Made by a program: the position numbers and the translations under genes. A DNA stretch of 64,000 nucleotides from Gemella sp. Lineage in GTDB: Bacteria > Bacillota > Bacilli > Staphylococcales > Gemellaceae. Positions 1 through 13,509 of the stretch are shown in pieces (the first letter of the stretch is position 1; every line of letters starts with the position of its first letter). The stretch is from assembly GCA_030529855.1 (NCBI GenBank), contig JAUMWC010000003.1, positions 9,433 through 73,432 on the forward strand, given 5' to 3'. Below the pieces are notes generated by a model, which did not search any database, had not been told where the DNA came from, and worked only from the letters and a program-made list of their open reading frames with translations.

Positions 1-4
1 TAAC

Positions 5-40
5 AAAAAGAGCATACACAGTTTAAGTGTATGCTTTTTT
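5..40 (+). terminator. Rho-independent terminator of the upstream gene (probably tsf)
   Basis: Stem AGCATACAC / GTGTATGCT with a 7-nt loop, followed by TTTTTT. Confidence 0.6.
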
Positions 41-60
41 AACAAAATGGAGGTAGCAAA

Positions 61-777
61 ATGTCAAAATCATATAAAAGAGTTTTATTAAAACTTAGTG
101 GAGAGGCTTTAGCGGGAAATAAAGGATTTGGAATTGATTCTGAAATAGTTAATAAAATGACTAAACAAATAGCTGAAGTAGTAAAACAAGGAGTTCAAGT
201 AGCCATTGTTGTCGGTGGTGGAAATATCTGGAGAGGTAAAACTGGAGAAGAGTTAGGTATGGAGCGAGCTACAGCAGATTCGATGGGAATGCTAGCTACA
301 GTAATGAATTCATTAGCACTACAAGATTCTTTAGAGCAAAAAGGTGTAGATACTAGGGTTCTAACATCAGTAGAAATGAAAGCTATGGCTGAACCTTATA
401 TCAGACGTCGAGCTATTAGACATCTTGAAAAAGGAAGAGTAGCGATATTTGCCGCTGGAATTGGTAATCCATTCTTCTCAACTGATACAACAGCGGCACT
501 AAGAGCAAAAGAAATAGATGCGGATGTTATATTAATGGGGAAAAATGCAGTAGACGGTGTATATTCTGCAGATCCTAAAGTGGAAAAAGATGCAACTAAG
601 TTTGATGATTTAACTCATATCGATGTTATTAGTAAAGGATTAGCGGTAATGGATTCAACAGCAATATCATTCTGTATGGATAATAATTTGCCAATCATAG
701 TATTCTCTATTGACGAAGACGATAATATTGTTAGAGTAATTAATGGAGAAAAAATGGGAACGATAATTACAAAATAA
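61..777 (+). CDS. pyrH: UMP kinase
   Basis: 238 aa; N-terminus [12 protein letters not shown] and a GGGN glycine-rich motif; sits immediately before frr as in the conserved tsf-pyrH-frr cluster. Confidence 0.95.
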   Translation: MSKSYKRVLLKLSGEALAGNKGFGIDSEIVNKMTKQIAEVVKQGVQVAIVVGGGNIWRGKTGEELGMERATADSMGMLATVMNSLALQDSLEQKGVDTRVLTSVEMKAMAEPYIRRRAIRHLEKGRVAIFAAGIGNPFFSTDTTAALRAKEIDADVILMGKNAVDGVYSADPKVEKDATKFDDLTHIDVISKGLAVMDSTAISFCMDNNLPIIVFSIDEDDNIVRVINGEKMGTIITK

Positions 778-792
778 TTTAGGAGAAAAATA

Positions 793-1350
793 ATGCCAGA
801 ACAAGTTATTTCAAATTTAGAAGAAAAAATGACAAAAGCTATTGCTAGTTTAAAAAGAGAATTAGCATCAATAAGAGCTGGTAAAGCAAGTGCTTCAGTA
901 TTAGATAGATTGAGTGTGGAATACTATGGGGTACCTACACCAATAAATCAAGTTGCAGGAATTTCTGTTCCGGAAGCAAAAATGTTAGTTATATCACCTT
1001 ATGAAAAATCATTATTAGGTGATATTGAAAAAGCTATTCAAGCATCCGATTTAGGTCTTAATCCATCAAATGATGGATCAGTAATAAGAATAGTGTTTCC
1101 AGCTTTAACAGAAGAAAGACGTAAAGAGCTAGCTAAGCAAGTAGGAAAAGAATCAGAAAATGCAAAAGTTGCTGTAAGAAATGTACGTCGTGATGCTATG
1201 GATGCTATCAAAAAATTGGAAAAATCATCACAAATAACAGAAGATGATTTAAAATCATACTCTGAAGATATCCAAAAATTTACTGACAAATACGTTTCTG
1301 AAATTGATGGTGTAACAAAAGAAAAACAAGATGAATTAATGAGTGTATAA
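793..1350 (+). CDS. frr: Ribosome recycling factor
   Basis: 185 aa; conserved RRF sequence ([11 protein letters not shown]...[10 protein letters not shown]); RBS AGGAG upstream. Confidence 0.95.
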   Translation: MPEQVISNLEEKMTKAIASLKRELASIRAGKASASVLDRLSVEYYGVPTPINQVAGISVPEAKMLVISPYEKSLLGDIEKAIQASDLGLNPSNDGSVIRIVFPALTEERRKELAKQVGKESENAKVAVRNVRRDAMDAIKKLEKSSQITEDDLKSYSEDIQKFTDKYVSEIDGVTKEKQDELMSV

Positions 1351-1352
1351 GC

Positions 1353-1565
1353 ATGGAAATGTCAGAAATAATTGCTAAAATTAATGAATTAAATGCAATA
1401 AAAAAACAAAGAAATTTATCTGAAAAAGAAGTAGCTGAATTACAGGACTTTAGAAAGTTATATTTGGAAAATTTCAAGGCGAATTTCAAACAAATTTTAG
1501 ATAATACAAGAGTTATAAATGAAAATGGAGATGATATCACTCCAATTAAGAAAGGAAATAATTAA
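1353..1565 (+). CDS. DUF896 family small protein (YnzC-like)
   Basis: 70 aa; INELNAIKKQR...LSEKE...FRKLYLENFKANFKQILDN pattern typical of UPF0291/DUF896. Confidence 0.6.
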   Translation: MEMSEIIAKINELNAIKKQRNLSEKEVAELQDFRKLYLENFKANFKQILDNTRVINENGDDITPIKKGNN

Positions 1566-1566
1566 A

Positions 1567-1806
1567 ATGTCAACAGGATTAGTAATTTTAATTGCTACAA
1601 TTACTTTTTTACTAGGGTTAGTTGCAGGATTTTTTATCGCTCGTAAAAACTTTATGAACTATATGGAAAATAATCCACAATTAAATGAGGAAGTAATGAT
1701 GAGTATGTTATCTCAAATGGGGCAAAAGCCATCTAAGAAAAAAATTAATCAAATGATGAGTAATATGCAGAAAGCTCAAAAACAAGCTGTAAAAGGTAAA
1801 AAATAA
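1567..1806 (+). CDS. UPF0154 family small membrane protein (YneF-like)
   Basis: ATG at 1567 (MSTGLVILIA...) 6 nt after an AAGGAAA RBS; one N-terminal TM helix followed by a charged tail, as in YneF. The tracked ORF start at 1519 overlaps the preceding gene. Confidence 0.6.
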   Translation: MSTGLVILIATITFLLGLVAGFFIARKNFMNYMENNPQLNEEVMMSMLSQMGQKPSKKKINQMMSNMQKAQKQAVKGKK

Positions 1807-1813
1807 GTATAGT

Positions 1814-1847
1814 ATGCACATCTTTATTTAGAGATGTGCATTTTTTA
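1814..1847 (+). terminator. Rho-independent terminator
   Basis: ATGCACATCT / AGATGTGCAT stem followed by TTTTT. Confidence 0.65.
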
Positions 1848-1868
1848 ATAAAATATAAGGAGAAATCT

Positions 1869-2771
1869 ATGGAAAATAAAAAAATTCGATATCTAAGTAA
1901 TGAAAATGATAGAATTGATAAATTTTTGATGAAAGAACTAGTAGATGTATCTAGAACGACTATTCAAAATTTAATTAATGAAAATTATATTTTAGTTAAT
2001 AATAATAATGTTAAATCTAATTACAAGTTAAAAGAAAATGATGAAATAACAGTTATTTTTAAAGAAGCAGAAGAGTTAAATGTTATTAAACAAGATATAG
2101 CGATTAACATAGTTTATGAAGATAATGATTTATTGATAGTAAATAAAGAAAAGGGAATGGTAGTTCATCCTTCTGTAGGGCATAAAGATGGTACATTAGT
2201 TAATGCATTAATGTTTCACTGTAAAAACTTATCTAGTATAAATGGTATTATAAGACCTGGAATTGTACATAGAATCGATAAAGATACATCTGGATTGCTT
2301 ATAGTCGCTAAAAATGATAAAACACATGTTAAACTATCCGAAATGATATCAAATAAAGAAATAAAACGAAAATATTATGCACTGGTTCATGGAACAATAA
2401 AGCATGATTATGGAACTATTGAAGCACCTATTGCAAGGAATCCTAGAGAAAGAAAGGAAATGGCTATAATAGATGATGGAAAACATGCAGTTACACATTT
2501 TAGAGTTATAGAAAGATTTGAAAAATATACTTTAGTAGAATGTGAACTTGAAACAGGGAGAACTCACCAGATACGAGTACATATGAAATATATTAATTTC
2601 CCTCTAGTGGGAGATCCAGTATACGGTCCTAGAAAAACATTAGAAACAGGTGGACAAATGTTACATTCAAAATCGTTAGAGTTTGTACATCCTATAACTA
2701 ATGAAAAGATAGAGATTGTTACTGAATTACCCTCATATTTTGAGAATGTTTTAAATAAATTAGAGAGATAA
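1869..2771 (+). CDS. rluD: RluA-family 23S rRNA pseudouridine synthase (RluD-like)
   Basis: N-terminal S4-like region, then HRIDKDTSGLLIVAKN and HQIRVHM catalytic motifs. Start placed at MENKK after a GGAG RBS; the tracked start at 1836 lies inside the upstream terminator. Confidence 0.85.
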   Translation: MENKKIRYLSNENDRIDKFLMKELVDVSRTTIQNLINENYILVNNNNVKSNYKLKENDEITVIFKEAEELNVIKQDIAINIVYEDNDLLIVNKEKGMVVHPSVGHKDGTLVNALMFHCKNLSSINGIIRPGIVHRIDKDTSGLLIVAKNDKTHVKLSEMISNKEIKRKYYALVHGTIKHDYGTIEAPIARNPRERKEMAIIDDGKHAVTHFRVIERFEKYTLVECELETGRTHQIRVHMKYINFPLVGDPVYGPRKTLETGGQMLHSKSLEFVHPITNEKIEIVTELPSYFENVLNKLER

Positions 2772-2875
2772 ACTACATTTTTTGTATAAAATTATCTAAA
2801 TATATTTATTTTTTATCACAATTGTAGTATTATATAATTATAACAATTATTTATATATTCAGGGAGGAAATGAAT

Positions 2876-3742
2876 ATGGCATTAGTATCTGCAAGAGATA
2901 TGTTAGTAAAAGCTAAAAAGGAAGGATATGCAGTTGCACAATTTAACATTAACAACTTAGAGTGGACAAAAGCTGTTTTAGAGGCTTGTGAAGAAGCAAA
3001 AAGTCCAGTAATTTTAGGTGTTAGTGAAGGTGCTGCTAAGTACATGACAGGATTTAAAACTGTAGCTGATATGGTTAAAGCTATGGTAGAATCATTAAAC
3101 ATCACAGTTCCTGTAGCATTACACTTAGATCACGGATCTTACCAAGGAACTCAAGATGCGATTGAAGCTGGATTCTCTTCAGTAATGTTCGACGGTTCTC
3201 ACTATCCATTTGAAGAAAATGTTGCTAAATCTAAAGAGATGATTTCATTAGCTCATTCAAAAGGAATTTCTATTGAGTGTGAAGTTGGATCAATCGGTGG
3301 AGAAGAAGACGGAGTTATAGGTTCTGGTGAATTAGCTGATCCAAAAGAATGTCAAGCAATGGCTGACTTAGGAATTGACTTCTTAGCAGCTGGTATTGGA
3401 AACATTCACGGAAAGTATCCAGAAAACTGGGCTGGATTAAGCTTTGAAACTTTAGAAGAAATCTCTAAAGTAACAAATGGATTACCATTAGTATTACACG
3501 GTGGAACTGGAATCCCAGCTGACCAAATTAAAAAAGCTATTTCTCTAGGAGTTTCTAAAATTAACGTTAATACTGAATTACAATTAGTATTCGCAGAAGC
3601 TACACGTAAATATGTTGAATCTGGAAAAGATTTAGAAGGTAAAGGATTTGACCCACGTAAATTATTAGCACCAGGATTTGATGCTATTAAAGCAATGGTT
3701 AATGAGAAAATTGATATCTTTGGATCAAGAAACAAAGCGTAA
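2876..3742 (+). CDS. fba: Class II fructose-1,6-bisphosphate aldolase
   Basis: MALVSARDMLVKAKKEGYAVAQFNINNLEW...HLDHGS motifs; GGGAGG RBS 8 nt upstream of the ATG at 2876. Confidence 0.9.
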   Translation: MALVSARDMLVKAKKEGYAVAQFNINNLEWTKAVLEACEEAKSPVILGVSEGAAKYMTGFKTVADMVKAMVESLNITVPVALHLDHGSYQGTQDAIEAGFSSVMFDGSHYPFEENVAKSKEMISLAHSKGISIECEVGSIGGEEDGVIGSGELADPKECQAMADLGIDFLAAGIGNIHGKYPENWAGLSFETLEEISKVTNGLPLVLHGGTGIPADQIKKAISLGVSKINVNTELQLVFAEATRKYVESGKDLEGKGFDPRKLLAPGFDAIKAMVNEKIDIFGSRNKA

Positions 3743-3748
3743 TTAGAT

Positions 3749-3786
3749 AAAAAAGAAACTAAGTATATACTTAGTTTCTTTTTTAT
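3749..3786 (+). terminator. Rho-independent terminator after fba
   Basis: Palindrome AAGAAACTAAGTATATACTTAGTTTCTT followed by TTTT. Confidence 0.65.
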
Positions 3787-3858
3787 TTAAAAATGTTGAA
3801 TTTGTTTTCATTTAATGAGATAATATTAATATATAATTTAAACATAAGGAGAAAAATT

Positions 3859-5034
3859 ATGACAAAAATTTTAGCGATAAATTCAGGAAGTTCTTCATTA
3901 AAATTTCAATTGTTTGAAATGCCAGAAGAAACAGTTATTGCCAAAGGTTTAGTAGAACGTATAGGAATAGGAAATGGTGTATTTACTATAGAATTTAACG
4001 GAGAGAAATTTGTAGATGAATTAGATATTCCAAATCACAATTTTGCTATTGAAAGATTAGTTACTAAACTAACAGAATTAAAAATAGTAGAAAAAGTCGA
4101 AGAAATTGAAGGTGTAGGACATCGAGTAGTTCACGGTGGAGAGTTTTATAATACTTCAGTATTAGTAACAGATGAAGTATTGTCACAATTGGATACGATT
4201 AAAGATTTAGCGCCTTTACACAATCCAGCAAATATCATGGGAGTACAAGCGTTTCAAAAAGTATTACCAGGGGTGCCTAACGTACTAACATTTGATACAG
4301 CATTCCACCAAACTATGCCTAAATCAACATATTTATATGCTGTTCCAAGAGAATATTATGAAAAACATGGTGTAAGAAAATATGGAGCCCATGGAACTAG
4401 TCATAGATATATCGCACAAATGGCAGAAGAATTAACAGGTAAAAAAGAACAAAAAATAATTTCTTGTCACATAGGGAATGGAGCATCGATATGTGCTATT
4501 AAAAATGGAGAATCTTTTGATACATCTATGGGATTCACACCATTATCAGGATTAGTAATGGGAACTAGAACAGGTGATATAGATCCAGCTACGATTCCAT
4601 ATATTTCATTAAAGACAGGATTAGATTTAAAAGAAATAGTACATGTATTTAATAATGAATCTGGTTTAAAAGGTTTATCTTCAATTTCTTCTGATTTGAG
4701 AGACATAGAAAATGTACGTAGTACAGATACAAATGCAGCCGAGGCAATTGATGTGTACATTAATAGAATAAAACAATATATTGGATCATATGCTGCGGCT
4801 ATGAATGGAGTAGATATGATTGTCTTTACGGCTGGAGTAGGTGAGAATGCTACTTGGGTTAGAGAAGAAGTATTAGAAGGTGTATCTTTCCTAGGAATAG
4901 ATTTTGATAAAGAAGCGAACAACGTTCGCGGGAAAGTAGCTAAACTTACAAAAGAAGGTTCTAAAGTTGCGGCATATGTAATTCCAACTAATGAGGAATT
5001 AATGATTGCTAGAGATACTTTTGAATTAAAATAA
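3859..5034 (+). CDS. ackA: Acetate kinase
   Basis: MTKILAINSGSSSLKFQLF N-terminus; AAGGAGA RBS. The tracked ORF start at 3793 lacks an RBS. Confidence 0.92.
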   Translation: MTKILAINSGSSSLKFQLFEMPEETVIAKGLVERIGIGNGVFTIEFNGEKFVDELDIPNHNFAIERLVTKLTELKIVEKVEEIEGVGHRVVHGGEFYNTSVLVTDEVLSQLDTIKDLAPLHNPANIMGVQAFQKVLPGVPNVLTFDTAFHQTMPKSTYLYAVPREYYEKHGVRKYGAHGTSHRYIAQMAEELTGKKEQKIISCHIGNGASICAIKNGESFDTSMGFTPLSGLVMGTRTGDIDPATIPYISLKTGLDLKEIVHVFNNESGLKGLSSISSDLRDIENVRSTDTNAAEAIDVYINRIKQYIGSYAAAMNGVDMIVFTAGVGENATWVREEVLEGVSFLGIDFDKEANNVRGKVAKLTKEGSKVAAYVIPTNEELMIARDTFELK

Positions 5035-5048
5035 AATACAACTAATGT

Positions 5049-5095
5049 AAAAAATATATTCTAAATACATATTTGTATTTAGAATATATTTTTTA
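5049..5095 (+). terminator. Rho-independent terminator after ackA
   Basis: Long A/T-rich inverted repeat ATATATTCTAAATACA / TGTATTTAGAATATAT followed by TTTTT. Confidence 0.5.
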
Positions 5096-5179
5096 GTCTG
5101 AATAAAATACCATACTATTTATTTTAAAACTACACTATGCTATAATAATATATGAAATATTAATAAGGAGAACATTACA

Positions 5180-6274
5180 ATGGCTCGAGAAAAAAAAATA
5201 AAAGAAACAGCAGTAAATTCTGATAGACAAGCTGCATTGGAAAAAGCTATTAAAGACATAGAAAAAAGTTATGGAAAAGGTGCAATTATGGATCTAGATG
5301 GGGATACTTCTGTGAAAGTTGAAGTAGTATCATCAGGATCACTAGCAATAGACAAAGCATTAGGTGTTGGAGGGTATCCTCGCGGAAGAATAATCGAGGT
5401 TTATGGTCCGGAATCTTCAGGGAAGACAACAGTTACTTTACATGCTATAGCAGAGGTACAAAAACAAGGTGGAGTCGCTGCATTTATTGATGCAGAAAAT
5501 GCTCTAGATCCTGAGTATGCCAAAGCATTAGGAGTAGATTTCACAAAAGGAAGATTCTTTTTATCTCAACCTGATACAGGAGAGCAAGCTTTAGATATTA
5601 CTGAAAGATTAGTACAATCTGGTGCAATTGATATTATAGTTATTGACTCGGTAGCTGCATTAGTTCCAAGAACAGAGATTGAAGGAGAGATGGGAGATTC
5701 ACATATAGGATTGCAAGCAAGGTTGATGTCACAAGCTCTAAGAAAATTAACAGGAATAATTAACAAATCTAATGTTATTGCAATATTCATAAATCAACTT
5801 AGGGAAAAAGTTGGAGTTATGTACGGAAATCCAGAAGTAACGACTGGAGGTCGAGCACTAAAATTCTATTCAACAATAAGAATGGAAGTTAGAAGAGGGG
5901 ATCAAATAAAAGAAGGATCTGAAGTTTTAGGGAATAGAACAAAAATAAAAATTGTAAAAAATAAAGTAGCCCCTCCATTCAAAGTAGCAGAAGTAGATAT
6001 AATGTATGGGGAAGGGATATCTCCAGTAGGAGAAACCTTGGATATAGCTGCTGAATATGAGATTGTAAAGAAAGCTGGAGCATGGTATTCATACGAAGGA
6101 GAACGATTAGGTCAAGGTCGTGAATCAGTGAAAAAATTATTAAAAGAAAATCCGGAATTATACTGGGAGATTTATGGTAAAGTAAGGGAAGTATTTTTAA
6201 ATAAAGGCGCAACTTCCGATAACAATGAAATAAACGAGGATATAAAAGAAGTAAATGAGCAAGAAGATATTTAA
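5180..6274 (+). CDS. recA: Recombinase RecA
   Basis: GPESSGKTT Walker A; conserved RecA core along the full 364 aa. Confidence 0.97.
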   Translation: MAREKKIKETAVNSDRQAALEKAIKDIEKSYGKGAIMDLDGDTSVKVEVVSSGSLAIDKALGVGGYPRGRIIEVYGPESSGKTTVTLHAIAEVQKQGGVAAFIDAENALDPEYAKALGVDFTKGRFFLSQPDTGEQALDITERLVQSGAIDIIVIDSVAALVPRTEIEGEMGDSHIGLQARLMSQALRKLTGIINKSNVIAIFINQLREKVGVMYGNPEVTTGGRALKFYSTIRMEVRRGDQIKEGSEVLGNRTKIKIVKNKVAPPFKVAEVDIMYGEGISPVGETLDIAAEYEIVKKAGAWYSYEGERLGQGRESVKKLLKENPELYWEIYGKVREVFLNKGATSDNNEINEDIKEVNEQEDI

Positions 6275-6356
6275 AATAATTATTTGGTTGGTAATAATAG
6301 CTATAGTTGCTAGTGGTATTGTAGCAAGTATGGCTCCGTTATTTATGTAGTTTTAG

Positions 6357-6390
6357 TAACAAAACCTAGAAATTTCTAGGTTTTGTTTTT
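6357..6390 (+). terminator. Rho-independent terminator after recA
   Basis: Perfect palindrome AAAACCTAGAAATTTCTAGGTTTT followed by GTTTTT. Confidence 0.7.
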
Positions 6391-6458
6391 CATTTATAAA
6401 AGGAAAAATATGATAAAATATGATAAAATATAGTGAATATATATAATAGGAGTAGTAC

Positions 6459-10642
<4,184 letters not shown>

Positions 10643-10654
10643 AAGGTGTGCAGT

Positions 10655-12910
10655 ATGGGAATAAAATATAATTGGAAACTCCCGGATTATAATGATAATA
10701 AAATAAAAGAATTAATGTCCACATATAATGTATCAGAAAATATTGCTAAAGTACTTTATTCTAGAGAAATTACTCAAGATGAAACCATTAGAAATTATTT
10801 AATTGGAGAGTATGATGAAGGGTACGATCCATTTTTAATGTATGACATGGACAAAGCGGTTGAAAGAATAAATATAGCAATAGAGAATGAAGAAAAAATA
10901 CTGATATATGGGGATTATGATGCAGATGGTATTACTTCAACAGTACTTATGTACGAAACATTATCTTCTCTAGGTGCCAATGTATCCACATATATTCCTA
11001 GTAGATTTACTGAAGGATACGGTCCAAATAAGAAAGCATTTGGTAATATTATAGATTCAGGAGTTACCCTTATTATTACTGTTGATAATGGTATTGCAGC
11101 TGTTGAGGAAATAAAATTTGCTCAATCTTTAGGGTGTGATGTAATTCTTACCGACCATCATCAAATACAAGAAGAAATTCCAAAAGCTTACGCAGTAATA
11201 CACCCTGAACACCCATTAGCCTCCTATCCATTTGGTAAACTTGCAGGGGTTGGAGTAGCTTTTAAATTAGCTCATGCATTACTTGGAATATATCCTGATT
11301 TCCTTTTGGACTTAGTTGCAATCGGAAGTATTGCTGATATGGTACCTGTTTATTCAGAAAATAGAATATTTATTAAACAAGGACTAAAGTTATTAAATGA
11401 AGATCCACGTCTAGGAATAAAATTATTATTAGAAAAAGCTAATCATAAAACAACAATAGATGAACAAACAATAGGATTTATTATATCTCCACGATTGAAT
11501 TCTATAGGAAGAATGGCTAATGCTAAAGAGGGGGTTGCCTTATTAACAATCGAAGATGAACAAATTGCTTATCAATTAATTGAACAAATAGAACAGCACA
11601 ATATAGAGAGAAAATCTACAACTGAAAAAATAGTCTTACACGCGCAAAATAGTATAAATGAGAACAATGATATTCTTATAATGTATTCAGATGAATATCA
11701 TGAAGGTGTCTTAGGGATTGTGGCATCTAATTTGGTTGAAAAATATAAAAAGCCTGTACTAATTGCGAAAAAAGAAAATGATATTTTAAAAGGATCTGCT
11801 CGAAGTTTTTTAGATTTTAATATTTACGAAGCATTGTATTCCTTGAAAGATAATTTTATTGCATTTGGTGGTCACCATTCTGCAGCAGGTTTTTCAATAC
11901 ACATCGATAATTTAGAAGAAATTCAAAAAAAATTAAATTTTCTCTATACTGAGTATCTGCAAACATCTACTGGAAAAAATGATAAAATAATAGATTTAAA
12001 AATCGATTTTGATAATGTGAGTTATCAGTTACTTAATGACCTAGATTTTCTAAAACCTTACGGTAATAATTTTGAGAGTGTCACTATTTTATCTACAAAT
12101 GTTTCTGTAGTAGATAAAATATACTTTGGAAATGAGAAACAATATCTTAGACTTTTATTAGGGGATACTTTTTCTAATTTAGAAGCCATTACTTTTAAAG
12201 ATACTAAAGATTTTGATGTGATTAATGCGGGCGATGTTATAGATATTATATATAATCTTTCTAAAAATTATTTTAACGGGAGAACAAAATTACAAATTCA
12301 AATTATAGATGTAATGAAAAAAGACTTTTTGTTTTATGATTCAAGAGAAAATAACATTATAGTTGATAATTTAGATAAAAATGAATTAAAAATAACAACT
12401 TCATACACCGACATAAATAACAATTATTATACATATAAAGAACTAGATACTATTCCACGTACTTTTTCTATTATTAATTTATTAGATATCCCTACATCTA
12501 GTGACCAAATTTCAAAAATATTAGATTTGAACCCGATACGAATAAATCTAGCATATAAGCCCCCTGTACCTTTATATAAAAAGTATAAGATTGATAAGAA
12601 TAGATTAATAAAATTATTTAATTTATTATTAAAATACAATAAACTAGAATTAAATAATAAGGCTTCGTTGATTAATATTTTAAATTTTTTAAACACAAAT
12701 ATTGAGAGTTTAAAATTAATGTTAACTATTCTAGAAGAATTAAACTTATGCAAAAATGTAAAAAATATTATAATTTTAAATAAAGAGTATACTGCTATTG
12801 AATTAGAGAATTCCGTTACTTATGCAACAATGAAAGATAGATTTTATATAGAACAAATATTTACAGAATATAAAATTCAAGATATCAATAGAATTTTTAG
12901 TGAAAATTAA
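10655..12910 (+). CDS. recJ: Single-stranded-DNA-specific exonuclease RecJ (DHH family)
   Basis: DHH motifs (GDYDADGITS, DHHQ), DHHA1 region and a long C-terminal extension; ATG at 10655 after an AAGGTG RBS. The tracked start at 10646 is a GTG. Confidence 0.85.
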   Translation: MGIKYNWKLPDYNDNKIKELMSTYNVSENIAKVLYSREITQDETIRNYLIGEYDEGYDPFLMYDMDKAVERINIAIENEEKILIYGDYDADGITSTVLMYETLSSLGANVSTYIPSRFTEGYGPNKKAFGNIIDSGVTLIITVDNGIAAVEEIKFAQSLGCDVILTDHHQIQEEIPKAYAVIHPEHPLASYPFGKLAGVGVAFKLAHALLGIYPDFLLDLVAIGSIADMVPVYSENRIFIKQGLKLLNEDPRLGIKLLLEKANHKTTIDEQTIGFIISPRLNSIGRMANAKEGVALLTIEDEQIAYQLIEQIEQHNIERKSTTEKIVLHAQNSINENNDILIMYSDEYHEGVLGIVASNLVEKYKKPVLIAKKENDILKGSARSFLDFNIYEALYSLKDNFIAFGGHHSAAGFSIHIDNLEEIQKKLNFLYTEYLQTSTGKNDKIIDLKIDFDNVSYQLLNDLDFLKPYGNNFESVTILSTNVSVVDKIYFGNEKQYLRLLLGDTFSNLEAITFKDTKDFDVINAGDVIDIIYNLSKNYFNGRTKLQIQIIDVMKKDFLFYDSRENNIIVDNLDKNELKITTSYTDINNNYYTYKELDTIPRTFSIINLLDIPTSSDQISKILDLNPIRINLAYKPPVPLYKKYKIDKNRLIKLFNLLLKYNKLELNNKASLINILNFLNTNIESLKLMLTILEELNLCKNVKNIIILNKEYTAIELENSVTYATMKDRFYIEQIFTEYKIQDINRIFSEN

Positions 12911-12914
12911 GAAA

Positions 12915-12944
12915 TTAGACAAACGTAAATCTTTATAGTATAAT
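12915..12944 (+). promoter_or_regulatory. Putative sigma-A promoter for apt
   Basis: TTAGAC, 18-nt spacer, TATAAT, about 37 nt upstream of the apt start. Confidence 0.35.
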
Positions 12945-12981
12945 TTTAATGTTAAAAATACATAAAATTAGGAGAATAGAT

Positions 12982-13494
12982 ATGAATTTAGAAAAATACA
13001 TCTCTATAGTAGAAAACTGGCCTAAAGAAGGAATTAGTTTTAAAGACATTACAACTTTAATGGCTGATGGGGAAGCGTATAAATATGCAACTGATCAAAT
13101 TGTGAATTATGCAAAAGAAAAAGAAATTGACGTAATAGTTGGACCAGAAGCTAGAGGTTTTATCATAGGATGTCCAGTAGCGTATTCTTTAGGTATAGGA
13201 TTTGTACCTGTAAGAAAACCAAATAAGTTACCACGTGAAGTAATTTCGTATGAGTATGATTTAGAATATGGATCTAATACCCTAACGATGCATAAAGATG
13301 CTATTAAACCAGGACAAAGAGTTCTAATTACAGACGATTTACTTGCAACTGGTGGTACAATTGAAGCAACAATTAAATTAGTAGAAGAATTAGGAGGAGT
13401 CGTAGCTGGAATTGCATTTTTAATTGAGTTAGATGGACTTAATGGATTAGAGAAACTTAACGGATATGATGTTTTAACTTTATTAAAGATGTAA
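12982..13494 (+). CDS. apt: Adenine phosphoribosyltransferase
   Basis: 170 aa from [10 protein letters not shown]; PRPP-binding motif [13 protein letters not shown]; GGAG RBS. Confidence 0.93.
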   Translation: MNLEKYISIVENWPKEGISFKDITTLMADGEAYKYATDQIVNYAKEKEIDVIVGPEARGFIIGCPVAYSLGIGFVPVRKPNKLPREVISYEYDLEYGSNTLTMHKDAIKPGQRVLITDDLLATGGTIEATIKLVEELGGVVAGIAFLIELDGLNGLEKLNGYDVLTLLKM

Positions 13495-13509
13495 TTACTA
13501 CGTATAAAT

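Noticed and set aside
5035-5179. Looked for a LexA (Cheo) box CGAAC-N4-GTTCG upstream of recA. I also scanned the uvrC (28476..28537) and pcrA (6396..6458) upstream regions for the same motif.
   Set aside because: No GAAC-N4-GTTC match seen by eye. I cannot conclude absence of an SOS regulon without a genome-wide motif scan, so this is not reported as a finding.
6409-6428. Tandem 10-bp direct repeat ATGATAAAAT x2 upstream of pcrA
   Set aside because: Only two copies of an A/T-rich decamer in a promoter region. Too short to call a repeat element or binding-site array.
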